Origin: Octopus vulgaris
Lineage: Eukaryota
Direction: 5' to 3'
Length of the DNA: 64,000 nucleotides
Assembly: GCA_951406725.2 (NCBI GenBank)
Contig: OX597824.1
Span: 84,878,001-84,942,000 of the forward strand
Shown one piece after another: positions 52,527-64,000 of the stretch (position 1 is its first letter; each line of letters starts with the position of its first letter). The notes below the pieces were generated by a model. It did no database searches. It was not told where the DNA came from and saw only the letters and a program-made list of their open reading frames with translations. The translations under genes and the position numbers were made by a program.

Positions 52527-53628
52527 AGGCACAGGCATGGTTGCGTGGGTAAGAAGCTTGCTTCCCAACCATGTGGTCTAGGGTTCAGTTCTTTTGTGTG
52601 GTAACTGGTGCAAGTGTGATGCTTATGGAGTCTTTTTTGTATAGGTCTGGACTGACCAAAGCCTTGTGAGTGGATGTGGTACATGGAAACTGGAAGAAGC
52701 CCACCATGTGTGTGTGTGTGTGTGTGTGTGTAAATATATATTCTTTTACTTGTCTCGGTCATTTGACTGCAGCCGTGCCAGAGCACCACATTGAAGGGTT
52801 TCAGTTGAACAAATCAACCCCAGGACACTTTTTTTTTTTAAATCCAGTAATTATCCTATTGGTCTCTTTTGCCGAACCGCTAAAGTATAAGAACATAAAC
52901 ACACCAACACCAGTTGTCAAGCAGGTGGAGGGGGGACAAATACACACATATACACACACACACACACATGACAGGCTTCTTTCAGTTTCCATCTAACAAA
53001 TCTACTCTCAAGGCTTTGATCAGCCTGAGGCTATAGAAGACACGTGCCCAAGGTGCCACGCAGTGGGACTGAACCCAGAACCATGTGGTTTTGGGAAGCA
53101 AGCTTTTTACCACACAGCCACACCTGCACCTATATAGATGTGCTGTGATTTTTTCCCCCACCACTGCTTGACAACCAGTATTTATTTACATTCTCATAAC
53201 TTATTGGTTTGATAAAAGACACTGACAGGAATAAGTACCAGACTTGACTTGCATTCATATATATATATATATATATATATATGTGCAGAAGCGGCTGTGT
53301 GCTATGTAGCTTGCTTACCAACCACATGGTTCCCGGTTCAGTCCCAGTGTGGCACCTTGGGTAAGTGTCTTCTACTACAGCCTCGGGCTGACCAAAGCCT
53401 TATGAGTTGATTTGGTAGACGGAAACTGAAAGAAGACCGTCATGTGTGTGTTTGTTTTTGTCCTCCCACCACCACCATTGCTTGACAACTGATGCTGGTG
53501 TGTTCACATCCCCTGTAACTTAGCAGTTCGGCAAAAGAAAGCAACAGAATAAATACTAGGCTTACAAAGTCCTGGATCAATTTGTTTGATTAAAGGAGAT
53601 GCTTCAGCATGGCCTCAGTCAAATGACA
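52527..53628. mobile_element. Cluster of SINE B copies: + copy split by an inverted full copy (~52738-53130), then another + copy (53283-53628)
   Basis: Head (+) 52527-52730, full (-) copy, tail (+) about 53140-53245, then a further + copy. Confidence 0.82.
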
Positions 53629-53630
53629 CA

Positions 53631-53676
<46 letters not shown>

Positions 53677-53684
53677 TATATATA

Positions 53685-54029
53685 TAATAAATCTCTGAAC
53701 AGTAACTGCACGACAATGTGAAGTATATTTGCCATCTAAATGTGGCTAACCACTAAGGGTGGATGTTACTGTAGCTTGTAGCCCCAGGAGAACATCTTCT
53801 CACACTTTATGTGCCCTACCGGTATTTGCAAAAGGAAGCCATCCTTCCCATCGTCGACCTGACGAGATACGCACGGACCCGGGTTTCTGGGTATTTACCC
53901 ATCATCAGCACACGACAATCACCGGCCTTTGATGCGAAGGGGTCCCAATGCAAATACATATATCCTTTTTCCAGTGACTTTTCGTCACTGATCTCGAAAA
54001 AGTGTAAACGAGCAGTAATAAATCTCTGA
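53685..54029 (-). mobile_element. Retrozyme / Penelope-like non-autonomous unit (331-nt period) inserted in (TA)n
   Basis: Direct repeats taataaatctctga at 53685-53698 and 54016-54029, TA tracts on both sides, CpG-rich, no credible ORF, contains a hammerhead motif. Confidence 0.75.
53870..53914 (-). ncRNA. Minimal type I hammerhead ribozyme
   Basis: Minus strand: CGUGUG [stem I] CUGAUGA UGGGU-AAAU-ACCCA [stem II] GAAA CCCGGG UC^ CGUGCG. All core nucleotides are present, with a GUC cleavage triplet (cut between 53876 and 53875) and a palindromic ACCCGGGU stem III. Confidence 0.85.
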
Positions 54030-55254
54030 TATATATATATATATATGATAATGTAAGCTTGTAAAGCATATTCTTAAATTGTATCTAACCAGTTGCTTCG
54101 AGATGGCTAATAATATTTTCAGACACATTCAGTTAAATATTATCATCACATAGAAAGAATACGGGTGTTGAATGATGATCATGACTCGACAGAAAGATGA
54201 AGAAAAGCAGTTGGAGGAATTGACACTCCTATGTCATGATTTGTCTGTGAGCAACAGATGACAAATAAAAAGCCATGTTAACATATTGCTAACACTTGAA
54301 TGTCGTCGTCATCATGCTAGAGCAAGCACTTGAAACTAAAATGGTAGGTCTTTTGAGAACTTGTATAGGAAATTTCTGTCTAACAGCAGAGATTAAGCAA
54401 GCCAATCAAATGGATTTATCCAGAGGAGATTTTTGAGACACTGGAATAATTCATGAAGCAAACTAACACAATCCATTTTGCAGCATCAAGTGGTGGAAAT
54501 GTTGCTGCTTTCATTGACAAAGCAAAATAGGTCTGATGATATTGATAAATACGGATGTTATCAAATATATCAAGTCCATTAAAAAAGTATATCGCCATAT
54601 TGTGGATGGTTTTGTGTTTTGTTGGGTTTTTTTTTCTTCTTTTTAATGCAAGATTTTCAAGAACTCATTTAAAAATATTTTTTTAACTTTAAAAGGAAAA
54701 GAAAAAATAGCCGAAATCATTTCTTGCACAAAGTAGAAAGCCACGCCAAGCCTTGTTACCAACTGGGGGGCTGGAGAATTTGTTTTATCATTAAAACAGA
54801 CTTATAAGGTTCTCACAGAAAGATTGTTTTACAGAACTGAATAGAGTGCCCAGAAATAAATTCATAAAATTCATCCATGGAGGTACCACCACTAAAGACT
54901 TTACTTTCATATAGCATATTTAGGTCAAATCCGCTTAACAGCCATACTCTCCTCCCGACTGAGCTATAGCCAACTCAGCACTAAAAAAAATTAAACACTT
55001 GTCAAACTGATAGTACTGCCATTTTTTTTTCTTCTTACATTGGCATGTTATTCCTATACAGCATTACACAATTATAGAGATGGGTGGACAAGTCAGATAA
55101 CTGTTCTCTCAACTGATTATCAAGTACTCCAACTCTATCTTCTTCATCTACCGGTTAAGCCAGACTAGTATATGAAACAAAATGTCCGTTATCCAGTGGT
55201 ACTTGATTGTTTCTAGCAAAAGAAACAATTATTAACTAAAGAAAAAAAAAGTTA

Positions 55255-55500
55255 TTTTAATCTACATTCCCATGTTTGCACAGGTTGGATAGGTTTCTCC
55301 AGCACGGTGTCTCACCACTTGCGGTCACTCATCTCCTTTCCACAATTCAGAATTCTAAGACCAGCTTTCGCTACGCCTGCCCATGTCTTCCTTGGTCTTC
55401 CTCTTACATTTCCCCAAGTTGGACTACTTAGCACTTTACCCAACTGACTTCATCAAACTCCATAACCATCACACATCCATACCAGCCCAGTCTTCTTGTA
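55255..55500 (-). mobile_element. Decayed RTE LINE 3' end whose tail matches the SINE C tail
   Basis: Minus translation RRLGWYGCVMVM ... GNVRGRPRKTW ... DRKW, then aaacctatccaacctgtgcaaacatgggaatgtagattaaa. Confidence 0.75.
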
Positions 55501-55759
55501 TATTACATCTAAATCCATCATTCACACACGCAAAGTTTTTTCTTGCTTTATTGTTTTCCAACCTTTGTACATGCTCTATAGGCAAACCCTTAGTTTAGCT
55601 ACAGTTCAACATTGTACTTCATATGCAAATATTATACTCCCATTATCAAAGCTTGCACCCTCACTAACCTAAAATGCATACCTATTCAATTTTCTTTTTT
55701 AATAAATCTACATTGTAAAAGAAGTTCTATATTACCAATTTCTTTGGAAAATAATTTAA

Positions 55760-55980
55760 CCCTCTCATTACCAACCCGGCTGAAACCGGCTCTGGCTCTG
55801 TAGTACAAATGTCATGTTTTCATAAGTTTTGAATTAAAATCTTCCACCAAACCTTAGTCACAATTTATGTTCCTAACACCAGCTCAATGATAACTAAGTT
55901 ATTTTACTAAATTCTTTGTTATATTTAAGATAATTGAAAGAAACACAGAGCATCTCAAAATAAATAGAGTAACGAAAGGG
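55760..55980. mobile_element. Second TTAA MITE family (piggyBac-type)
   Basis: TTAA-ccctctcattac ... gtaacgaaaggg-TTAA (55756-55759, 55981-55984). Confidence 0.82.
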
Positions 55981-57159
55981 TTAAAACAAATCCTTTAAAA
56001 CAAAGAGCTGAAACTAAAGAGACAATAGGTAACAAGAAAGAAGCAAACCAATTTTTATCTATAAGAGAAATGAGAAACTTTCTATTATGTTTAAACAAGG
56101 ATTCAATGGAAACACCTAATGAAATTTATGTGTAGCAGCTTTTCAAATTGTACAAGTTTTAAAATGTAATATCTTTTCCAGTTAGCAGCAAACAGGATGT
56201 TTCAATTTAAAAAGATTTTTTTCCAATAAGGGTGAAGCAGAAAACTGTATCACTACAATGAAAATAAGTTTTTGCAGAGGTACATTTAATAAACAAACAG
56301 ATGATATAAATAAAATATGCTGTAACAAAGTTGACAATGGTCTCCAGATGACATTCCAATGTCAACAGTTTGTTACAAATAACAAACCTGACTTTAAATC
56401 CAAAACAGAGTGAAATATCCATGAGAAGTTTAAGATGGCTTTAGTAAAAGTGACACTGATCAACAGGTACATCCATGGAATGGTAAATGTATTCCCAGAA
56501 CAGAAGAAAACATCCATTTTCCAGTAAAGTATCCTTTGAGCAAAACTGTATCCATATGAGAAAAAGCAGAAGGTTGTTATAATGATGAGCTCTCCAAGCC
56601 AGAAAATATGTACAAACCTTCAGATTATCAGCAAGGATTAGCAAAACTGCAGGCAAAATTCCAGTATAAAGATTTAATATACAGAGAAGAATTGGTAGTT
56701 ACGATGCCAACATCTAATAGCAACCACAATGGAAGTTGTAACTAAGATACCTCATCTACTTTCAGACTGAAAAGTAACAATTTTAATAGATAAAAACTGC
56801 TATTTAATACTAATAATATTGTTTTCAAAATTGTAATAGCTTTTCAGTGACACATTTCATATTTCTCAATGATTATAGACTGAGGGGAGAAGAATAATAT
56901 TAATGCCATAAAAAATAAATTTTAAAATTCCAAAATAATTGTCAAAGACAAAAAAAAAAGAAAAAGAAATAGGTTTTTTATGAACAGGATATGACAAAAA
57001 ATTTGCCAAAATACATTTTGGAAGTCTTGACACAAGACAGATTGAGAAGTGGTTTGTAAAAAAATAATTCCTGGTTAGGAGTAAATTATCTTAGTTATCT
57101 AACCCCCAAAGATAAAAAATACAGATTACATATTTTCTAGTTAGGATTTCACGGCTCAC

Positions 57160-57556
57160 AGCTGTATCCTACACCAGTTTCGCATAACCAGCCCCAGCCC
57201 ATTCAAAAGTACTTTGGATCACAGGGCGACCTGCTGTGCTTGAGGAGACCTATAGAGTCAAGTACATCAACATCAAAATGAAAATCAAATGGAAATTATA
57301 GTTGTGATACCCGTGCCAGTGGCACATAAAAAGCACCAACTGATCGTGGCTATTGCCAGTCTCCTCTAGCCCATGCCGGTGGCATGTAAAAAACACCCAC
57401 TACACTCACAGAGTGGTTGGCGTTGGGAAGGACATCCAGCTGTAGAAACACTGCCAGATCAGACTGGAGCCTTGTGCAGCCTCCTGGCTTCCCAGACCCC
57501 AGTCAAACCATCCAACCCATGCTATCATGGAAAACGGAAGTTAAACGATGATGATG
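57160..57556 (+). mobile_element. SINE family C, longest copy with 5' unique region
   Basis: 5' region shared with 26880-26992, then internal units, core and (GAT)n tail. Confidence 0.8.
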
Positions 57557-58261
57557 GTGATTTATTGAAAGAGGATTGAGCAATAAAGATATTTAGTGAG
57601 GTAACTGAAAACAATACTAACATTTTTCTCACTTTTTCAAATGGTTTTGGTCTGAAGGAAGGGCTCTCTGCCCATGGTATTTATAGACCATCCAAGAAAA
57701 CAGTTAACTTTTGATAAGACCAAACTAGGAAATTGATAATCTATATTTTACTTTGGGTTGGTTAACTGATAAGTTCATTAGTTAGCTAGTTAATAACCAG
57801 GAACGCATTAATTACATATACATAAAACTGTTAGTGTATCAAAACTTCTAAATGTAATTCCAAAAGGATGATGTTCTGGAAAGGAGACACTGCAAAAAAT
57901 GTGATTAAAAGCTGGGGGATCTGGAGGGAGGTGCAATAATGGGTGATGAAATCAAATGGACCTAAGTTGGGATAGCACACAAGACCAGCCAGCACTGTGA
58001 AGCAGAAAACCTTGTAACAGCTGCTGAAGAATCATGGTTAAAGAGACAATGTGCCTAAGAGCATTGGCAAGTAACCTCATGCAAATTGTTGAGAATGAAG
58101 GACCTCGATTTCACAATCAGAACCAATACACTAGTTCCCTATTTTTCAATAGAAATTTATGTAACGGATTTGATTTGAACAAAATTAACTTTTTCCTTTC
58201 ATACAACTCACAAATTTTTATGAGAATTTGACACTGAAATTTAAAGATGGGTAGTCAAAAA

Positions 58262-59127
58262 TACAAAGTGATTGGGCTAAATTCAAAGATTTATTTTTAT
58301 GTCTCCTTTTTTTCAAGAACCGCTTGATGTGTTGGTGAACAGTCAATGGCATCGGAGAGCATAAAGATTAAAGTTGTAGTTGAGAAAAAGTTAGCTGACA
58401 TTGAGGACTGGAAGCCATTTGAATATTTGAAAAGAGTTGCCTGTGTCATGAGGATTTGCACTGGGTATTAAAATGCTGACATCCTGACTACTGCCTTAAT
58501 GCTCTGTGAACATGGTAAAGGCTGTAAGATGTCATATGGACAGCTGGAATGGAAATTACAAAGCCATGGCCAACAGGAAGAAATATAGCAGTTGCTCTGA
58601 CTGTCGTCTGCACACCAGAATTCATCCTCACATCTTTGAACAGGCTTAATTCAGATGGATTATGTGAAGCCGTTAGAGACTTGTCAAACCCTGGCCAGAG
58701 AAAGTTGCTGCTGGAAGGCCAATATGTATGGCAGCAGGATTTGGTTCCTTGCTATACTTCTGGAAAGAGGTTGGAAGTGGTTATCGGAGAACTCCTGCAA
58801 CTTCACCAGCCCCAATTTCTGGCCTCTCCCCCAACTGTAATCCTATGAATTCTTATGCATGGGACGCAGTTGAGAACAATACCAAATACTCTACCTGCAA
58901 TCCCAATGTCAAGAAATGGGCCAAATCAAGGAGGTGTTCAAAGATCTTCTCAGAGACAGTGAGGAATTCATATGCCAAGTTCTGGAGCTGTCTTGAAGCC
59001 ATGGTGGAAGCTGAGGGTGCTACTTTGAGTAAACTGTTACCTCCCAGCCATAATCTAGTTGGTTCTTTTTTTTTTTTATTAAAGTACTTTGATTTTTGGA
59101 TGTCAAATTTAGCGTGAACACTCTGGA
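58262..59127 (+). mobile_element. Decayed Tc1/mariner-superfamily (maT/DD37D-like) element
   Basis: Imperfect TIRs tacaaagtgattgggctaaatt / aatttagcgtgaacactctg. Frameshifted YVWQQD, WKWLSEN..NF...FWP and SPNCNPMNSYAW motifs (WPPSSPDLNPLDY-like). Confidence 0.72.
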
Positions 59128-59399
59128 TACCGCCAACTGTTAAATAACCAAATATTGCAAATAAATAAAAAGAAAACTTCAAAATTTAAATTGTTACTTC
59201 ATTATGAGAAAAATTTACATTTTAAAATATTTCAATGTATTTTTAAACCCTTGTCTAGTATCAACTGAAACTCTTATAATTGAACAATGGTCACACATTT
59301 TTAAAATGAAAACCTCAGACTACCTCACCACAATTTCTAATTAGATATTTATTAATGTGCTTGTGCTTGCATTAGATATGTTAACACCAGCTTTAAGCA

Positions 59400-59735
59400 C
59401 AAGACTCAGTGGTTGGAGTGTCAGACTCACAATAATGAGGTAGTGAGTTCAATTCCCGGACCAGGCTGTGTGTTGTGTTCTTGAGCAAGACACTTTATTT
59501 CATGTTGCTCCACTTCACTCAGCTGTAGAGATGAGTTGCAATATCACTGATGCCAAGCTGTATCAGCATTTGCCTTCCCCTTGGATAACATCGGGAGGAT
59601 GGAGAAGTGACACTGGTATGCATGGGTGACAGCTGATCTTCCACAAACAACCTCGCCTGGACTTGTACCTTGGAGGCGAACTTTCTAGGTGCAATCCCAT
59701 AGTCATTCATGACCGGAGGGGGTCTTTACCCTTTC
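59400..59735 (+). mobile_element. SINE family E (tRNA head, cttgagcaagacactt CORE-like)
   Basis: cagtggttggagtg...gagttcaattccc boxes. Related heads at 22665(+), 4420-4610(-) and 39660-39800(-). Confidence 0.8.
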
Positions 59736-59988
59736 ACCTAAAAACTAAAACAGCACTTTACAGTTTCTACCCAACTCTTAAGAGAAAAAAAAACAGGTTG
59801 GATTAGATTGAGAAAATGCACTAAAGATATTTGGAGAATCAAAATACATTAAAAAGAAGAAAAATCCTGTTAATAAAGAATCTACATTTTAAGTAGGATA
59901 CATAATATGGCCTTGGACAATATTAAAACAAGAGAGTCTCTGTCTAGTTGTTTGATTAGGAAAAAAATGGCAGACAAATTTCCCTTAA

Positions 59989-60217
59989 CCCTTTAGCATT
60001 TAAACTGGCCATATCCGGCCCAAATATTCTACTTGTTTTATGCTCAAACTGGTTGGATTTGGCCTCTCACACCAACCTTACAATATCATTCTAAAAAAAA
60101 AAAAAAATAAAGATACCTCATCAAAATCTCAAAGCTAAAAGATTATGCTTGGTTAATTCAGAACAATGTGAATGAATAAGCATTACCTTTGACAGAATAA
60201 CACAAATGCCCAAAGGG
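59989..60217 (+). mobile_element. piggyBac-derived TTAA MITE
   Basis: TTAA-ccctttagcattt ... aaatgcccaaaggg-TTAA. Confidence 0.88.
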
Positions 60218-60422
60218 TTAAAACACTATCATAAAAAAGGGGAGCACACTGGATAATGGACACACTATGGCCTGATGGTCACAACTGTAACATCTTTGAT
60301 CATAGTTGTGGTAGATTAGGGTCAAGTTAAACTATCCCTTGCTGCTGAATAAGATACACAGTTGATAGCAATAGACTTGAGTTTATTTGGGATGGAATTG
60401 CCATTATATGAAGAAACTCCCT

Positions 60423-60981
60423 CATCATTGTTCAACCGTGGTCGAGACAATGGAATTTACTATGTTACACCAGACTTCAAGGTCCATCATAGCATTATGG
60501 AGGTCCTGTTGCTGGATGCCTGTATCCCTGGAGATTACATCAGGGTAGGAGAGTGTGCGCCCTCTGGTATCGCAAGCAGATGGCTTCCATAGAAGAAGAG
60601 TAGAAATTACCTCTTTTTCAGCTCTACAACAATGTCCAGCAAACTGGACTCTTCTACCTTTCACAAGACATGATACAGGCGGTAATTTCCCATATATTTG
60701 TACTTGGGTTGGATGGCGCTTCCACGAGAGATTTTGAGCTCTCATAAGGAGATGAGTGTAAGTTCCATCCAACCACCTCTCAAGCTTCTTTGATAACTTC
60801 CAGGTTCCTGAGCCATATAGTAGAATTGGTTCAACTGTGGCTTTGAAGATTTTAAGTTTGAAATCTCTACTTAGATTTGATGACCAGATCTTATGCATAT
60901 CATTACAGGCTGACCAGGCCATACCCTTTCTAGTTAAAAAATCTTTTTCAGATGATGATATGTATGACCCAAGATATTTGT
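60423..60981 (-). mobile_element. 5'-truncated RTE LINE (ORF C-terminal ~180 aa still open)
   Basis: KYLGSY..MAWSACNDMHKIW..KATVEPILLYGS..RRVQFAGHC..W. TSD aaactccct at 60414-60422 and 60982-60990. Confidence 0.92.
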
Positions 60982-61499
60982 AAACTCCCTAACCAAAGCG
61001 GAGTATAACTAGAATAGCTGATAAAGACAATTAGGAGCGTTCACAGGTGGAGGTGGGGTTTAATACTGGAGTAATTCTCTCCTGCTGTAATTTCTAGCTC
61101 TCACAGAACTTGCTGTTAAGTTGACAGAACCCTTCGCTATATAATTCTAATGCTTTTGCAGCAGTGAACAGCAGTAACTAAATATCTACTTGCAAGTTTA
61201 CAAACGGCTTTCCCCTATCTTCACATAATATCTTACCAACTTACCAGCTGCTGCTATATAAAAATTTACACCTGTTAATTTAAGCTAATTTCAAACAGAA
61301 CTAGAAGGTAGCTGGGTATTAGAAAATGTTTAAATAAAAACTTAACTTTCCTGATCCCTGATTTAGATTTTGTGAGGGATTCTTTACGAGTAGTTTATTA
61401 CTTATAGACACAACATCTGGCAATGCAAACCTTGCACATAGTCTTTCTATACAAAGCTTTCAACTTCATTATCTTTCTACGTATGCCAAAATGCTTTCT

Positions 61500-63538
61500 A
61501 TAGAATTTATATAGACGCGTGCGTGCGTGTGTGGTGTGTGTGTGTGTAAGTGCAGGTGTACGTAAATACCTGGAAAGGTGTGTATATGTGTACCTAAGTA
61601 TGCACGCGGGTAAAAGTAACAAAATAAGAAAAAGAAATTACTGATGCAATAAACAGGAGACAGAAAACGGAGACATGCACATTAGCAAGTACGCAACAAA
61701 CGGATCTTCCTAAATAAGCACTCCCCCACATAATATCTGAAAAGCAGAGCTGGCTAAATACCTATCGTATGTAAATAGGTATGACCTAAAATAACACAAT
61801 GTCAACGAGGCTCTGAGCCTTTACGCAGTTGCTCGGCCTGCTAGAAATAGCAGCCAAGCCAAAACCTCTAAGACGAAAAGAGGGGTGCAATGGACAGTGT
61901 GTACACAATATACAAAATAAAGAACGGTCACGGCTGGAATGCCCTTGATCATATGTCTGCTGGATCAGGGTTAACTTGGGGATAAAACAACAACAATCTA
62001 ACTGGCATATGTTTAAATATTCAAGAACGCAGGTCAACTTTTGTGAAGAATGGACAGATGACAGCTCAAAATGTTACTGGTACTTTATCCTCACCGTGAC
62101 TCAATGGCCTTTTAAAGTGTTTTTTACTAGAAATAATTATCTACAACAGTAGTAAGAAGTAACTTCTTATACACGAGATAAAAATTTTAAGAAAAAAGTA
62201 AACTAAGATATTATAGTAGTCTGGCTATTTTAATCCGAATTCCACGAGATGGTAATTCCGAGATTAACCTAGCAAGAGACTGGCTACAGTAATAGATTCT
62301 GTAATAGATTCAAAAGGGGCCAAATGGGGGTGGATTGGGATGGTAGGTAAACGGGTGGATGGGTAAGTGAATTGAGACAGAGACGAGGACTCGGGCAATC
62401 GGCGAAAGGGTGAGTATTTTATAAATCGAAAAAGAAACAAACGGATGTCACACACATACACACACACAACCGTGATGACGTCACGACTGCACACGTAGAT
62501 TACATTTGAGTTGGTGGGGGAGGACGTCTTATGCACTGTGTGTGTGTGTGTGTATGTATGTGTGAGTGTGTGTGAGAGAGAGAGAATGGAAATGTATTTC
62601 GAGACAGACACAACGAGAGATATTTGTGATAATACAAGAACGAGACACACCATGACAGGCGGGTTTCAATGAGCAGTATATATATATATATATATATATA
62701 TATCCATGCAGAAAGCAAAGCATTTATTGACAAAATACTTCAGACAGTCAATACTAGCCATTTAAAAAACAAAAAAAAATCACCAAACCTTAATACATAT
62801 AAAGATACATTTCCCAATGTGCGTGTCTGTGTAGCTACACACACACACAGCTACCATGAGCGATAGCTGTGTAACCTTGTCGAACTAGGGCGGGGCGGTC
62901 ACCACCCACCATTAGAACAAACTGTCCAAAGCTATCGACAGTAGATTCATGGTGTCTAAGCTTCAAAAGCCAATTAGTACACACACACACACACACACAC
63001 ACACTATTTCCACCCAACAGATGTTAAATTTTGACTGATTTGATAAATAATCATAGAGTACATATTTTCAAATATTTTTTACACAGTTCTATATCCAAGC
63101 TTGGTATGGATGAGATCAACATGTTATGCAGTAAAATTATCCTGCTTGTAGCCAAGTCCCATCTTCGACTAAACAAGCTTATAGTCAGTCAGAAGCAGGG
63201 ACGAATGCTTTAGTACTTTGAATTCGTAATCCAGAATGAGGGCTAACTTTTTTTTTCTCTTACTGTAGTGAATGCCCTACTGGTCGAAGACATCCATGGT
63301 TTATGATAAAAAATATTCAACGAACGAAGAGTATATATATATATACCTATCTGATCTCATACAGTTTCTATTTCAATTTTCATTATACACTTATGTTTAT
63401 ACGTAACTAAAAACATACATTTGACAAATTCAAAAAGTACAAAAAATACCTATATATATATATATAATAAAATATATTACAGATTTTCTAACCAGCTACT
63501 TTGCTTTATATATATATATAATCCGAATTCCACGAGAT

Positions 63539-63579
<41 letters not shown>

Positions 63580-63945
63580 AGAATAACGATCTATTATTTG
63601 TTTTGAACTAATTAATTTACACATTGAAGATTAATTAATAAAAATGATGGAGGAAGGAAAAATCCATTTTTCTAAATACAAAACAGAGCAACATACACGA
63701 TTCAAGCTTTTACATTAATTATTTTTAGTTCGATGAGAGAGGAGGGGGAGAGAGAGAAGGCTATTCTAATTCACTGGCAGGGAAAAAAAAAAAAAAGATA
63801 TCTTATGAATTATACAAGACACTATATTAAATGAATATAATTTTTTTTTTCTCCATCACATTCATTATCCACATTCCCACTCGCCCAATACGAAAGAGAA
63901 AGGCGGGGGAGGAGGTCAAAGTGTGTGTGTGTATATATATATATG

Positions 63946-63976
<31 letters not shown>

Positions 63977-64000
63977 GTCAGGAGGTTTCTGTGATTAGGA
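61500..64000 (-). promoter_or_regulatory. CpG-retaining, TE-poor region, candidate CNOT4 promoter or first-intron regulatory zone
   Basis: CpGs are visibly more frequent in non-TE DNA than elsewhere in the window (by eye, not counted). Full CRE TGACGTCA at 62476-62483 and GC box GGGCGGGGCGG at 62888-62898. TSS not located. Confidence 0.4.

Noticed and set aside
53859-54000. Plus-strand hammerhead (ctgacgag ... ctcgaaa)
   Set aside because: The core halves are about 130 nt apart, with out-of-register stem II and no stem III or cleavage triplet. The minus-strand motif is the convincing one.
60425-60922. 165-aa host gene
   Set aside because: RTE LINE C-terminal fragment with a TSD and a second copy at 47148-47396.

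Overview
AT-rich, repeat-dense eukaryotic DNA. The SINE/MITE repertoire and microsatellite load point to a cephalopod, probably Octopus (inference). The only host gene visible is the 5' part of CNOT4 (NOT4 RING E3 ligase of CCR4-NOT) on the minus strand. It has five small coding exons (18241-18264, 17345-17413, 5080-5145, 3549-3595, 148-237) that splice GT-AG in frame into MSGEDQIE-CPLCMDPLEIDDKNFFPCTCGYQ-ICRFCWHRIRTDENGLCPACRK-QYPEDPAEFKPLTEDE-LHRIKKEKRQKDLQRKQKAAENRKHLANVR, and the gene continues beyond position 1. The ATG exon has a splice acceptor, so 18.3-64 kb is probably long 5'-UTR intron leading to a CpG-richer, promoter-like zone near 61.5-64 kb. The rest is transposon-derived: several tRNA-headed SINE families, RTE LINE fragments with TSDs, piggyBac, hAT, Tigger, mariner and maT-like remnants or MITEs, and a U6 retrocopy. 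The best find is a 331-nt retrozyme/Penelope-like unit (53685-54029) with terminal direct repeats inside a (TA)n tract. It carries a catalytically intact minimal type I hammerhead ribozyme (53870-53914, minus strand, same sense as the presumed CNOT4 pre-mRNA). Most ORFs in the supplied track are spurious or TE-derived.
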